A stretch of 64,000 nt of DNA from Rhizodiscina lignyota (lineage: Eukaryota). Below, in pieces: positions 25,045 through 36,803 of this stretch. The notes under the pieces are model-generated. The model had not been told where the DNA came from and did not search any database. It saw nothing but the letters and a program-made list of their open reading frames with translations. The translations under genes were made by a program, and so were the position numbers. Numbering within the stretch: the stretch's first letter is position 1; each line of letters starts with the position of its first letter. Location of the stretch: the NCBI GenBank assembly GCA_010015805.1, contig ML978128.1:806001-870000 (forward strand). The letters are read 5' to 3'.

Positions 25045-28010
25045 TCAAGGTGAATACGGTCCACGAGCTGGGCCCGCTCCTGGCGGCGATCCACTAGGCT
25101 TGTAGACAGGCCCCTTCCCGCTCTTCTGGCTTCCACTCGTTGTCGGACGGCCCTGATACTGTCCACCTGGTGGAGGTGGAATGGCGCCGCGTGCCTGAGG
25201 AGACGGAATCTGATACGGCTGCTGGTAATTCAAGCCAGGCGGGTTGCTAGCCAACGGGCTTGCGTATCCCGGCTCCTGCTGCTGCGTCGTCTCGCTCACA
25301 GTTCGCATATGCGCCTGGCTCTGGCTCGCAGCTGGACTCAGACCCGCTTGGCGCTTGCCGCGTGTGCTCTCGCGTCGGAGGATTCCGCGAATGTCCTCGA
25401 TCTCTTGGCTAGGAACGCGGCCGCTTGGGCTTTGGCTTGTACCACGGTTGGAGTTGGTATCGGCGCTCAGCATGTTCGAGGAGTCGTTATTCTCGTTCTG
25501 CTCGCGCGAGTTGTACGCCTCGTCGCGTGCAAAGTCGCTATTCGGAGCTCTGGTGTTGATGGCATCCATTGCCTTCGTCTCGTGAGCGTCGAATTGCTTC
25601 TCCGCAGTATCAGGCTTCTTGGTTGGGTAGAGTCTCTTCGCTTCCAGGCCCGCGGAATATTTGTCCTTCTCATTTTGCGCGAGTTCCTCGCTGATTGCAA
25701 CAGAGTAGCCGGGATTCGCAATGGAGCCCATGGCAGCAGCGCTGCCAGCAGGACCGTAGATGGGCACCTTGCGCAGTGCGAGGACGAGGGCGCACATAAA
25801 CTTTGAGCGACGCGCCGCACGCACGGTCTCGTTGTGCCAGTTGCTCTTGTGTCGGATCTCGACGCGCAGCTCCATCTTGTTCATCTCCGCGATACCAAGG
25901 CATTCGACTTCAATCTCGGACTGGAAGTCACGCGAGTTCTCCTTGTCCAGTACGAAATTCTGCATCTCTTGCCTGAGGGCCTTGATATCCTCGAAGCTAG
26001 TGTCGAAGGAGACGAAGATGCTGATTTGCTCGCGCATTGCTTTGCTGCGGGTGACGTTCTCGATCCACAAGCTGTTGAGGACGATGTTCGGGATCTGGAC
26101 CATCTTGCCGTCGTTGACGCGCTTAAATACAGTAAACAACAAGGAAATATGCTCGACGGTGAGATGGGTATCGGTAATATCGACGCGGTCGCCAATGTCG
26201 TACGGATGCTTGACGAAGAGGAAGATGCAAGAACCGAGCACTTCCTGGCAGGTAACAGCGAAAACGAAAGATAGGGAAAGCAGAGCTGTACCAGCAGTAG
26301 CAAGTGTCGTGACAAAGGAGTGGTTAAGGAATGCAACTGGAGAATTGTTAGCAGGTTGAACTCGAAGAGCCTTATTTCATCAACTCACCAAGAACGAAAA
26401 CGCAGATAACAAACGCGACAGTCGCGAGAAGCCCATCAAGCACCTTGATAGCTTGGTCGACATCGTGCATGCTGCTCGCCACAGACTTTCGCTCACGGCC
26501 AATCTCAGTGACCATCATGATCATCTCGTCAAGACTGATATCGCCATTGCCATCGCGGTCAATTGCAAAGAAAGCTTCGTCTGCTTCTGCTTGCTTGCCT
26601 GCGCCAAGAACTTCACGGATATCCTCTGGGTACAAAGCGTCCCTGCCTTCCACCACAAAGGACATCCAGAGACGTTTAGCGAGGGCCTCAGCGGAGCGGT
26701 TGCGCTCAAGAGCTTCAACAACGATGGAGTGGGCGGCGTTCGGGTTCATAATTTGTTTGCCGGTGATTTCGTGGGCGACATTGCCGAAGACGGAAGTAAT
26801 CTTATCGCCAAATCGACCAACGTCCTGCAGAAGTCGGATTGGCGTGCCGGAGCCAGATCGCTGATGGCCGCCGCTCTTCAGGCCAGGAATTGCCAAGTCC
26901 ATTGAGTCCGTCATAGTGTAGTCCTCTTCCGCAAACTCATTGCAAAACATTGGGAACAACGCTCGCGAAGCTTCGAAGAGAAGGCCAAGCAAAAACACGT
27001 TGTGCTTCGACTCGATGACCTTCGTATTGAACTGTTTGCGATGGTAGCTGATGCTGATGAGCTGGATGATGAACTTCTCGGCGAGGAAGATAAGTGACGC
27101 AACGAGAAGAGCGGCCAGAATCTCGCGAATGATGTTCTGCCATTGCTTAAGGGTGGTTGCTGTCTTCGGTTTACCGTTTGCAACTTCTTCAGCAGCTTCT
27201 CGCAGGGTATCGGGATTGTTCGTCATCAACGGAGAGAATGTTGCCAAAGAGCAGAGTGCCCACAGAGCGAAGGTAACAGGCAGAGCCAGTGCCTTGAGTA
27301 CCAATGCATATTTACGGGTGCCAGAAGAGACGACGCCAGCGAAAAACTGGAAGACTGAGGGTAGAAAGTGCGTGAAGATCTTCGCAATCCACAAGCTCAA
27401 CCAGACTACCAAGATTAGTCAACAGTTCAACGATTTACTCTTCCATGAACTCACCAATCTCGACCCAGGTAAACAACCACACAATCCTTACTCCGCCTAT
27501 CTTTGCATCCTTCGCTGCGGTCGCGCCGATAATGATGGGAAGCGCGATCGCGATACCCAGTGGCAGCACGTAAACAAAGTATCGCGTGATGATGCTGAAA
27601 TTCATAAACTTGTCGTAAAACTTGCCCATCCAGGTAACCGTGTCTTCCTCGCCATCATAGCCCCGCCTGCTGCTCGAGCCCTTGCTGTCTACCGTCTTGA
27701 GCCTTCGTCGACCACGCGTGTGTCGATGGAAGAGGCCGCCGCTCTTCTCGGAGACAATGGGTGTCATATCGTCTTGCTCATTTCGAGCTGTCGTCGAAGA
27801 GCCAGTCCGGAAGCCACTTCGTGCACTGCTATGACTGACGACTTGCTGGAGAGGAATCTCGTCGTGCCGCGCCATGCTGCCGCCTTTGTCGCTGTTGTGT
27901 TCGTACTCTGATGATTCGAGTGGTTCGAAGCCTTCTCCTTCGGGGGTAAAGATTGGAAGTCGGGGGGAGAGGTGCTTCTTTTGAGATCTGAATGATCGGC
28001 CGATCGACAT
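25045..28010 (-). CDS. MscS-like mechanosensitive ion channel (Msy1/Msy2 family) with EF-hand
   Basis: Exons 28010-27455, 27405-26389 and 26336-25045 (introns 27454-27406, 26388-26337). EF-hand DRDGNGDISLDE and MscS motifs FLFVKHPYDIGDRV and QIPNIVL...IENVTRS. Start codon uncertain. Confidence 0.93.
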
Positions 28011-30859
28011 GCGAGTGAAAGTGGGAAGAACCCTTGACGATCAATTGAAGGAGTGGGTGAGATGATGAGATCTGTGGGAGGAAGTTTGCGTGTTCAGACT
28101 TTGTGGGTCTCGGATGAAATTGGATGTGCTAAGTGGCTTGACGTATGTTGCGCCGTCGTTGGTGAAGAGGAAAACTGGAGCGTTACACTAGCCTCTCGCT
28201 GCGCAGAATTGGAGGGCTGAGGGCTGAAAATTCTTGGTTCCTGGGCGATCTTCAATTGAAGCACGCGGGAAGGCGAAGTCGGAAGAATGACGATCTGCAG
28301 TGTTTGTCAAAGGAATGTACGTCACCCGCGTTTGTTGGTGGAGCTGCTTCCGAGGCCGTGAGAGAGAGACTTTGAATGAGTGAATGAGCTTCAAACGAGA
28401 GATAATAAGAGATTTGCACAATGAGGGACGCGTCAATCTCCTGCCCTCGAGCTCGACAGCTTAAGCGTGATGAGCAGCAGGGCTGCGGCGGGAGTGCGGC
28501 CTTGTGCAGCTTCATTCACGCCAGAAAAGGGGGCGTCATCGGCTAGGCCCGATGCGGGAAGGCCGGCAAGCCACAGGCAGGGGCGATGCCGCTGCAGCTT
28601 TTCAGGGACGCGTTTCAGGCTGGAGCTGAAACGCGTGACTGGCCAATCGATCGATCAGGCCCGAACTGCAAATTCTACATCCCAACATGCTCGAGGAACA
28701 GCGAACCGCTTCGTTACCGGCGTCTCTGCATCTGCTCAGGAGCTGGAGCAGACCTAGCTCGCATCTAAACAATGTCGAATCAACAGCTGAACGCCGATGT
28801 TGAACCAGACCGCTCAGATTGCACTGTAAGACAAGATCAGGTGCCTTGGCCAGGAACCCATCCTCCACGAGTACATAGTATGTCCATAGGAGCGTGTGCA
28901 ACAGCCACAGAATGCTCTTTACAGCCGCGCGGACGGCGAACGAGCAGCATGTTGAGGCTCCAGACGGCAGAAGAGCGTTCTCCTGCCCCTTGAGCAGAAG
29001 TGTGGAGACTCACGTAAAAATCAGTTTTCAGCGGAGAGCAACCGTCATCGCTCGGATGCGTAAGCGATCCACTCCAGGAAACGGTACCCAATGCAGGGTG
29101 AATTGTAAGACAAGCAATACAGGGCGGTTCAGAAGGCGCTGCCTGGACTTTACGCATGCGCCACATGGAAGCAATTCTTCCGCCGCAAATGCACGATCGG
29201 AGGAGCAGTGTATCCAAAGTTCCAAATAGTAAGAGAGTGTCTCCACCACATCTGGCGGTACTACTCCGTCCTGCTGTTTCGGCTTGAAGCAGAAGCTCTT
29301 CTTTTCATTGCTCAACATCCTCGGCTCATGACACAGGACACCTCCAGACTTCGATCCCAGATCACGATCAATCACCGCACGGAACCTCGTATACCCGCCC
29401 ATGCCACCGCATCCCAGTTCAGTATCGCAATCCGGATCTTCGCAGGGTCATTTTCTCGCAATGCTCTCCACCATTTCGGAGAATCAGCGCAGGGCGGGCG
29501 TTCGAGACTCGCAATGTCCACTCGCGTATTGCCGAACACGATGTGCTTTTCATCGACAATCGCACCTTCAAGACTGGAAATGCTAGAAAACAAGTCCACG
29601 TTGAGAAAAAGAAAGACTAACGTGTTGCATCGTGCCATATCACACCGCTGGTGAAACCAGCACCAGATGTCGCTTCATGCGAATTCCGTCACGGGCTGCC
29701 GAATGTAGACTCGCCTAACAGAATGCGGTAATTCATCCTCCGTTTTGTTTCCACTTTGGTGCATCATACATGTCCTTTTCAAGAAAATCCCAAGTCATCC
29801 ATATGCACGCGTGTTTGAAACCACGGGTTGCTCGTGCATGAAGCTTCGTCTACAAAGTCGGTTCTTACTGTACATCGTACAACTTCCTCACAAGGTCGAG
29901 GTCACACCGATGCACACAAGCAAGAATCACAAACGATCGTGTGGGTCGTAGTCAGCAGGTTGTTCATCTGCCATCTCATCTATCCAGCTGGGATCCAGTG
30001 TGCAATCTCTATCGTCCTTTCTTTGGCTCTCTTCTTGTCGGTTGCAATCCAGTCCTCGCCTTCAGCAACAGTACGCCTTGCTAGTTCAATAAATTTATTA
30101 GTTGTTGAATATCTGCAACGTCAACTCAATTTGATGGGTGTTGTCTTCCCTGATTGTGGCCTGGTTGGGCCATTCAGGGAGTGCCATATCGTAGCTGACT
30201 TTTCATACTGTCTACCAGGCGGAGTCACTTCGACGAGTCCACTCAGTCTCAGAGTGAACATTTACGGAAGATGCTATCTGCCCATGCCTTAGATCTCCTT
30301 TCTAGTGTCGTGCGCAATGCAATTCGTGTCCATCATGTTCTCAAATACGCGTTCTATCGCATCTGGGGCAGGCAGGTGTCCTTTGATTTGCTGCAGCACC
30401 ATTTTTAGACCACTATCTAGGTCTATCTACTGGCTGTACCTTCAAATCTTCGCCGCTTTCTGCCTCCAGGCCGCCTCCTCCCGGACCTGGCATCTAGCAA
30501 GAGTTTAGAGGGGTGAGTATGTACACCACTGGTATTAGGTTGAAAGATGCAGTTGTGGTTCGATATGCGACGGAGCTTCCTGCGGCCTTTGATACAAAGC
30601 GGACAAGATGAAATTATTGTGTCGGGTAAGTCGAGATAAAGCATTTCGGGGATACTTGATGATCAACAGTATCCTCCAATGCAGTCCGCCAGGTTGGCGG
30701 AGGATACGATGATTGTGTGCATCGCCCTCGAGGCTGAAGGCGTCATTTCGAGATCTGCATGTCTTCAAAAGATCGGCAAGCAATTGTAGAGTTCCAGGAT
30801 TACCAAAGACGGCCCGCGCAGGTTGCCTTATAGCTGTCCACTAGTTTGGCACCGCAGAC

Positions 30860-31410
30860 TTTGAAATGAGCAACGGTAAGCCACATAAGAGCTCGTATTC
30901 AAAGGCCAGCGGCTAGATACTGTGGCATGCTGTGATTCGTGAAACACATTCTTCTGTCGTTCTGCTATGTAACCCGTAAGCGCAATCCGAAGCCGTGAAG
31001 TCCGTAGCTCGCCGGCTCGCCAATGATGTGTGAGCAATGGTTTGATTATCTTAGGAGTGAGACAGAAGTTAGAGATACGGCCACTCTAACTTGTGGCGAG
31101 AGAAAAAGAGATTGTATTCGACAACCAGCGCATATACACGTTCATTTAGCATTGGATTTGTAAAACACCTTCTCCTAACGTTTGCGATACAATCTAGAGG
31201 CGTAATCCGAAGCCATAAAGGCCATGAATCGTGGCTTGCCGACTGCTGCGCAATCGACAGTCTCATTATATTAGGAGTGAGAAGGACTTAGAAACATTAC
31301 CTCTCCAGCTCAACGAAAGTGCGAAGGAACTTGTATTCGATACCTAGCACTTACATATATTCGCTTACTAGTGAATTTGTGCCAGACTTATTTCCGCCGC
31401 TATGCTACGT
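30860..31410. repeat. Degenerate tandem array of a ~220-bp unit (locus 1; about 2.5 copies)
   Basis: AATCCGAAGCC at 30984 and 31204; TTAGGAGTGAGA at 31051 and 31271; TTGTATTCGA at 31112 and 31331, with a degenerate copy at ~30892. Periods are 219-221 bp. Confidence 0.85.
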
Positions 31411-32011
31411 ACATATGCTAGAATGGGATTAAAGTGATACATGCGGACACAGTTGCGTAAGTCGTATCTGAAGATGCCTCTTCTCCCAGAATTTGGCAGG
31501 CTCAAGCACCTGTGATGTATATTAGAAGAAATGTGGGAGAGTGGGGGAGATATATAGTCACGACGGGGTGGGCTTGGCATGGCAAGGGTGGTCATGCGGC
31601 TCTGCTAGGCCCCTGAAATGCCAAGACTCGTGGCCGCACGGGCCATAGACCCTTCCCCATATCTCTGCCATCCAGCCATCTTCATATCATTCATTCTAGG
31701 CACTTTCACGATACCATAAGACCGAGTCATAAATCTCCGCTTGCTGTTTGATTCGGTGAGATTTGTAGGAGGCTAGCTAATTGTGCAATTTCAGGATCTA
31801 GATCGCTCAAATGCAGGTACGCTGGTGTGGCTGGTCCCAGCCTCTTGCTGGAATCCAACCACACCACCAGCCTTCTTTTTGCGCCTATATATTCAAAACC
31901 CTTGCATGAGATCTTCTTCTCAGACAACTGCAGAACAATTATCTTTCTCTTGCTGACATTTTGAGATCAACTCCTCTGCAACTTCAGTTCACCGTGACAA
32001 ATATCCTCAAG

Positions 32012-33043
32012 ATGCGCTGTCTTCTATCTATCGCTTCCTTCGCGCTCCTCGCCTCCGCACACCCTCTTCTCTCAAACCGACCACAACTTCCTCAACGCCG
32101 AAGAAGTCCACAACCATACTCTGTCGTCAATGTCGATGGCAGCTCAGATTCAGAGCCGACATCTGGACCGACGACGATCGTAGAAACTGTTACCGTCGAC
32201 TCTCCCAAAGCGACAGAGACAGAATTCAGGACGAAGACTGCCAAACTTCCTCCCGCTACCCACACCATCATCACCACACTTGTCCTCTCCTACGAAGAGT
32301 CCGTAACGACAGTTGTCGTCACCTACACACAACCGCATGCCGCGATCAGCACATCAACTCTCGTAGCAGACCCGCCTCCATACACTGTGGACTCGTCTTC
32401 CCCTACAACAGTGACTGTCGTCTCAACAGAGTCAACATCAACATCGTCGACTTCATATTATGACGATGGATTGTGGCACACATTCTATCCGGTCAAGGAC
32501 TTTGGACCATCAACCACATCCTCATCCTCAACATCAACCTCATCCTCATCTTCTCCCGCCGCCGCGACTCCTCCATCGAGCTCGTCGTATTCCTCCAAAC
32601 CTACTATCTCCTCCCATTCCTCTGCATCCTCAACATCCGCAACCGCTCCTTCAACATCACCTTCCGCGTCTCTGAGCACAACCGAAGCTCCCCTTCCCGA
32701 TGCGTCGGACTCTATTCCTGCCACTACGTCTTTCACTACGACGTCTACAAATGCCTGGTTCTCAGCGGCGTCTGTAAGCACACCAGCTGACTATCCTCGC
32801 TCCTCGTCCAATACGGCCGACTCCATATCCATACCTGCAACTACATCATTCACTACGACGTCGACGAATGCCTGGTTTTCAGCGGCTTCTGTGAGCACCC
32901 CCGCTGACTATCCTCGCGCCTCGTCATCGACTCCGGCTTCGGCGAACTCAACACTTTCAAAGAGAGATGTTCTCCTCGAGTACCTCGGACCCAAGAGCTG
33001 GACGACCATCTACCCTCCGCAACCGACCACAACTACTTCGTAA
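32012..33043 (+). CDS. Secreted Ser/Thr-rich protein with an internal duplication of 39-aa period
   Basis: Signal-peptide-like MRCLLSIASFALLASAHP; motifs YSVVNVDG and YYDDGLWHTFYP; SIPATTSFTTTSTNAWFSAASVSTPADYPR occurs twice (32711 and 32828). Confidence 0.85.
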   Translation: MRCLLSIASFALLASAHPLLSNRPQLPQRRRSPQPYSVVNVDGSSDSEPTSGPTTIVETVTVDSPKATETEFRTKTAKLPPATHTIITTLVLSYEESVTTVVVTYTQPHAAISTSTLVADPPPYTVDSSSPTTVTVVSTESTSTSSTSYYDDGLWHTFYPVKDFGPSTTSSSSTSTSSSSSPAAATPPSSSSYSSKPTISSHSSASSTSATAPSTSPSASLSTTEAPLPDASDSIPATTSFTTTSTNAWFSAASVSTPADYPRSSSNTADSISIPATTSFTTTSTNAWFSAASVSTPADYPRASSSTPASANSTLSKRDVLLEYLGPKSWTTIYPPQPTTTTS

Positions 33044-33428
33044 CGCTTTAACGACTTCCACGAATACGAAAATCGATCACGGCATCAAAATGAATACGCA
33101 ATGAGCGATATGTACATGAAAATACAGGATACCAGTGCAGGACACAAGAATGGTTTACGTTAAATATCCCTTTTCGATTCATGTAGATTTCTTTTGCACC
33201 CTTTTAATATGGGTTTAATGGGTCACGGGAAACGGATTATCACTACAGCAGCATAGTGCATGCGCTGAATGAAACTAGCGACGGCGCTTTTTGATCTGAT
33301 AGACTTTGTATGATACAAATAATACGATCGAATGGAATCACGCAACAATCATCGCGCTCTTACGTCTGTGATTCCCATGCTCCTAGTTGTGAGGTGTTGC
33401 CGGCTTCGCATCAGATGAGGGCAATACT

Positions 33429-34526
33429 TTAGAGTCTTCCTTTCCTTCTGTCCTCACCAATCTTCAGAATTGGCTTTAGATTCTTCGCCTGTACCCGCTC
33501 CCACAAGCTACCAAGGCCAGCCTCTTGGCCCTTCTTTTCTTCCCTCCGGAACCACTCCTCCGCGGTCTTGATTCTGTCCGGGAAGATCTGATCCAGAAGT
33601 TTGTAGTCCCGCTGAATTACGCCCGTATTCCCGCCTGAGTACTTCCACATGTTCCAAAACCCTGTGAAATTCTGTCGGAACGTCATGGCGGCTGGGTCTT
33701 TCAGGTCAGAATTGTATCCTGACGGGCGTTCGGCTGCGGCGCCCATATCACCCTTGGCCCAATAGTCCTCCAGACTGGTATCGATGTACCGGGCAGGATG
33801 GCCTGTGACCTTCTCGAAGGCCTTTGCAAGCTCATCGTAGCCGATATGATCGATGGCAACTTCCAGATCCATGCCATTGGACCGCTCGGGGTGGTCAAAT
33901 AGCCAGCGGACGTAGTATTCGCAATCATCCAGCGCAACATGCACGACCGAGCCGTTGCCCAGCGGTACCTTCCAGGTCACCACGCCATCCTCAATGGTGG
34001 GCACCATAATAGTCTGCGCCGCAATCGTCATTTCGATATACGGTCCCGTCGTGAACACCGCCGCTCCCATGCGTCCCCTATTCAACCTATTCTGCTGCAG
34101 AATCCACTCTCCAACCCGTCCCTTGCCGTCATAATGCCCAGTCCGGAACTTCGGGTCGTACCCGCTCTTCTTGTACACAAAGTCCAGGTTCCCATACACG
34201 AGGAACTTGATCCCTTCTTCCAATGCAATCTCATACGACCGGATGGCCCAGTACATCTCCGTCTTCTCGCCCGAGTTAAAGCCGTCGATGTTCACGAACG
34301 CGCCCCAGCAATCTTTGAAGCCTGCGTGCAGGTCCGTTTCCGAGGCGAACGTGCCTTCGACGAGCTCGACATTGCTGCCGAGACTGGCAAGTTGTCGGGC
34401 ACGTGCGGATGTGGAGTTGCGCGTCAGCACGCGAACGGCGTATTCGCCGTCTTTCACGAGACCGCGGATTACTGGAATGCCTTGGGCGCCAGTGCCGCCG
34501 ATGATGAAGATTTTGCGGGGTGCCAT
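33429..34526 (-). CDS. NmrA-like NAD(P)-binding protein
   Basis: Intronless ORF starting MAPRKIFIIGGTGAQG (Rossmann fold), with VRVLTR, GAFVNIDGF and HYDGKGRV. Confidence 0.92.
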   Translation of the reverse strand: MAPRKIFIIGGTGAQGIPVIRGLVKDGEYAVRVLTRNSTSARARQLASLGSNVELVEGTFASETDLHAGFKDCWGAFVNIDGFNSGEKTEMYWAIRSYEIALEEGIKFLVYGNLDFVYKKSGYDPKFRTGHYDGKGRVGEWILQQNRLNRGRMGAAVFTTGPYIEMTIAAQTIMVPTIEDGVVTWKVPLGNGSVVHVALDDCEYYVRWLFDHPERSNGMDLEVAIDHIGYDELAKAFEKVTGHPARYIDTSLEDYWAKGDMGAAAERPSGYNSDLKDPAAMTFRQNFTGFWNMWKYSGGNTGVIQRDYKLLDQIFPDRIKTAEEWFRREEKKGQEAGLGSLWERVQAKNLKPILKIGEDRRKGRL

Positions 34527-35360
34527 GGTGGTGAGTAAATCAGTACTGATCCGGACCTGAGGTTTATTTGGGATTATTGTCTCGAATCCGAAGTGTTGCG
34601 AAGCTGAGTCGATTGTATACAAGAGACAGCATTCCAAGGCCGTATATATCACGCGAGATAGCCCTCGGGCGTTTATTTGGAGTTTAGTGATCGCATTAAA
34701 CAAGGAGAGATGAATACTGAACAGAATGAAAGTTGGATACTATTCAGAGGTGAAGTCGGTGGGTGAGGTCCCATTTCGGTGCATTTTTTGATTATATGAT
34801 CAAGGCTTTTGCGGAGACGGAAACACAAAAGTGCCATTTAACGGGGCGGAAATGTAGAGGCTACGGTAGATGAACTCGGAGGGCCTTAGTGATGGCATGG
34901 CAAATGGATCCAGCTTTACTTGTACTGTTCTTGAGGCCAGATGATATTTATGTAGAAACTCTCAAATTGCATGTGATTCGATGAAAATGGAATAAGAGAG
35001 TTAAATCATATCACAGAGAAATAGGCGAGTGCCAAATGCAGAAAATGAATGTCATTAAATTGTAATTATACTGGACGGAGTCGAGGTATGGTAGATTCTT
35101 CAAGAGATAGCCTAATGTATGGAGGTGAAGTTCGAATGGGAATGTGTTTGGTTGGGTTGGGTACCCAAATCTGGGTGGCACACCCCAAAATCGGTTGATC
35201 TCCGGGTACTTCGATGCTTAAGGGAGCCTAGCTCCGTACTTAAACATCCACTCCACGTCAACGAACGCAGATCGACAATGAATTTAACAACACCACCATC
35301 TTCGCTCTAGAAGCCTATCTTCTAGGAGAAAATACTCGTGTACACTACAAAAGGCCCACA

Positions 35361-36310
35361 ATGGCATCAGATGGCAATAATGTCCCAGACCTTGCCTCCG
35401 TTCTTCAGGCTCTCGCATCGTTCACTACACCTCAACCTCCAGGCCCGCAACAACTGGCACCACAGCCGCCTCAAGAATCTACTTCCAATACCGCATTTGT
35501 ACAGCAATTGTATCAGTTGAACTCTTCTGCTGGTTCAGAAAATGCTCCGGGCTCCGGGCCGAATCTCCCGCAGCCCCGTCCGCAACAACGTGTCGTGAAT
35601 GATGTTGTAGAACGCACAAGCTCCCCGACGATTGATCCGGCCACTATCACGGATTGGAAGATGGGATTGAAATGTGTATCATTCATATCTCAAGCAAATC
35701 CAAACTTTAAAAATGCTATCCGAAAGGTTCATACTCTCTCAAACACATACCGCTACTGTGAGCTTATGGTCGAGAGCAGATGATTCATGCTCAACATCAT
35801 CACGAGAGGCTCTGGTGGGTGTAATGTCAATTCTTCAATAATCCATATATGCTAACAACTTCTGCTCAGGTATCAAGGCTTCAATGACCTGCTTGAGAAG
35901 CACGGACGACAGTACGTTCCCTGGCCTTGTTCCGGCTCGAACCCCCAAGATCTAACTCAGATAACGCAGGATTCCCGAGGACGGTCCCGTAAATGTACTA
36001 ACTCTATCATAGCTCGTGAGGCTAGAATTTGCGCTAATGACGATGCCAGATTGATGATATTGACGAGGCGAAAGCATATGTTTCGAAAGTGCATATGGCA
36101 GCAGTAGAAATGCACACGGCAATGACCGTAGAGCTGAAGGTCCTTGGAGTTCCTTTCTTCGGCACCAAACCGGAGCACGTTAAAAGAAATGGAAATAGAG
36201 AAGTCAGTCAAAATGGGGGCTCTCTCACAAATGGAGTGAAAATAACAGAACGGGAACTGCTCGATCTCCAACGCAAGATGGTGCAGTATCTGGAAGACAT
36301 GTACGGTTGA
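35361..36310 (+). CDS. DUF2458-like uncharacterised protein
   Basis: Exons 35361-35726, 35780-35814, 35870-35911, 35970-35988 and 36050-36310 splice into one frame. Motifs IDPATITDW, QHHHERLW, ELKVLGVPFFG and LQRKMVQYLEDM. Confidence 0.8.
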
Positions 36311-36653
36311 GCGAGGGATGGCTCATAATTCCCACATCAACTACACACTTGTCTTAGACTTGTGTTTCTGTGGCAGTATATGTCAATACGCCGACACTTT
36401 GTGTTGCCCCGATCAAGCACCCGGTCGACGGAGCAAGAGGGTATCATTAGCTTTTCATTGAGCATCTGGCTCACGTATGATTGGCCAATTGGTGTCTCGT
36501 GGTCGCACTAGCAATTTGAGAGCGGTGAAGGGGAAATTAAATTTAAGATTGGTTCAGGTGGCAAATCTCGTCGCGGAGCACACGACAACAAAAACAAGCG
36601 GCTAGCGCGAATAGCAACCCCACTACTATATAAACACGGGGGCCCCCCGCGAG

Positions 36654-36684
36654 CTCTCTCTCTCTTTCTTTCTTTCTTTCTCTT
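36654..36684 (+). repeat. Pyrimidine microsatellite (CT)n(CTTT)n
   Basis: CTCTCTCTCTCTTTCTTTCTTTCTTTCTCTT lies just downstream of TATATAAA (~36627) and upstream of the Cys-rich gene. Confidence 0.8.
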
Positions 36685-36803
36685 CATTCTCACAACAACA
36701 AATCGGTTGCTGATCGACCAACTTGCTCACACCGCTGCTGCTCACTCGCTTCACTCAAATCTTTGATCAACAAGGCATTCACTTCAGACTACGCGCCTTC
36801 AAA

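Noticed and set aside
28050..29700. Short ORFs upstream of the MscS-like gene
   Set aside because: No recognisable protein features; consistent with a long promoter or 5' UTR.
30860..31410. CRISPR-like or protein-repeat (ankyrin/WD40/TPR) interpretation of the periodic sequence
   Set aside because: The whole 220-bp unit is similar rather than repeat plus unique spacer, the context is eukaryotic with no cas genes, periods are not all multiples of 3 and the frames contain stops.
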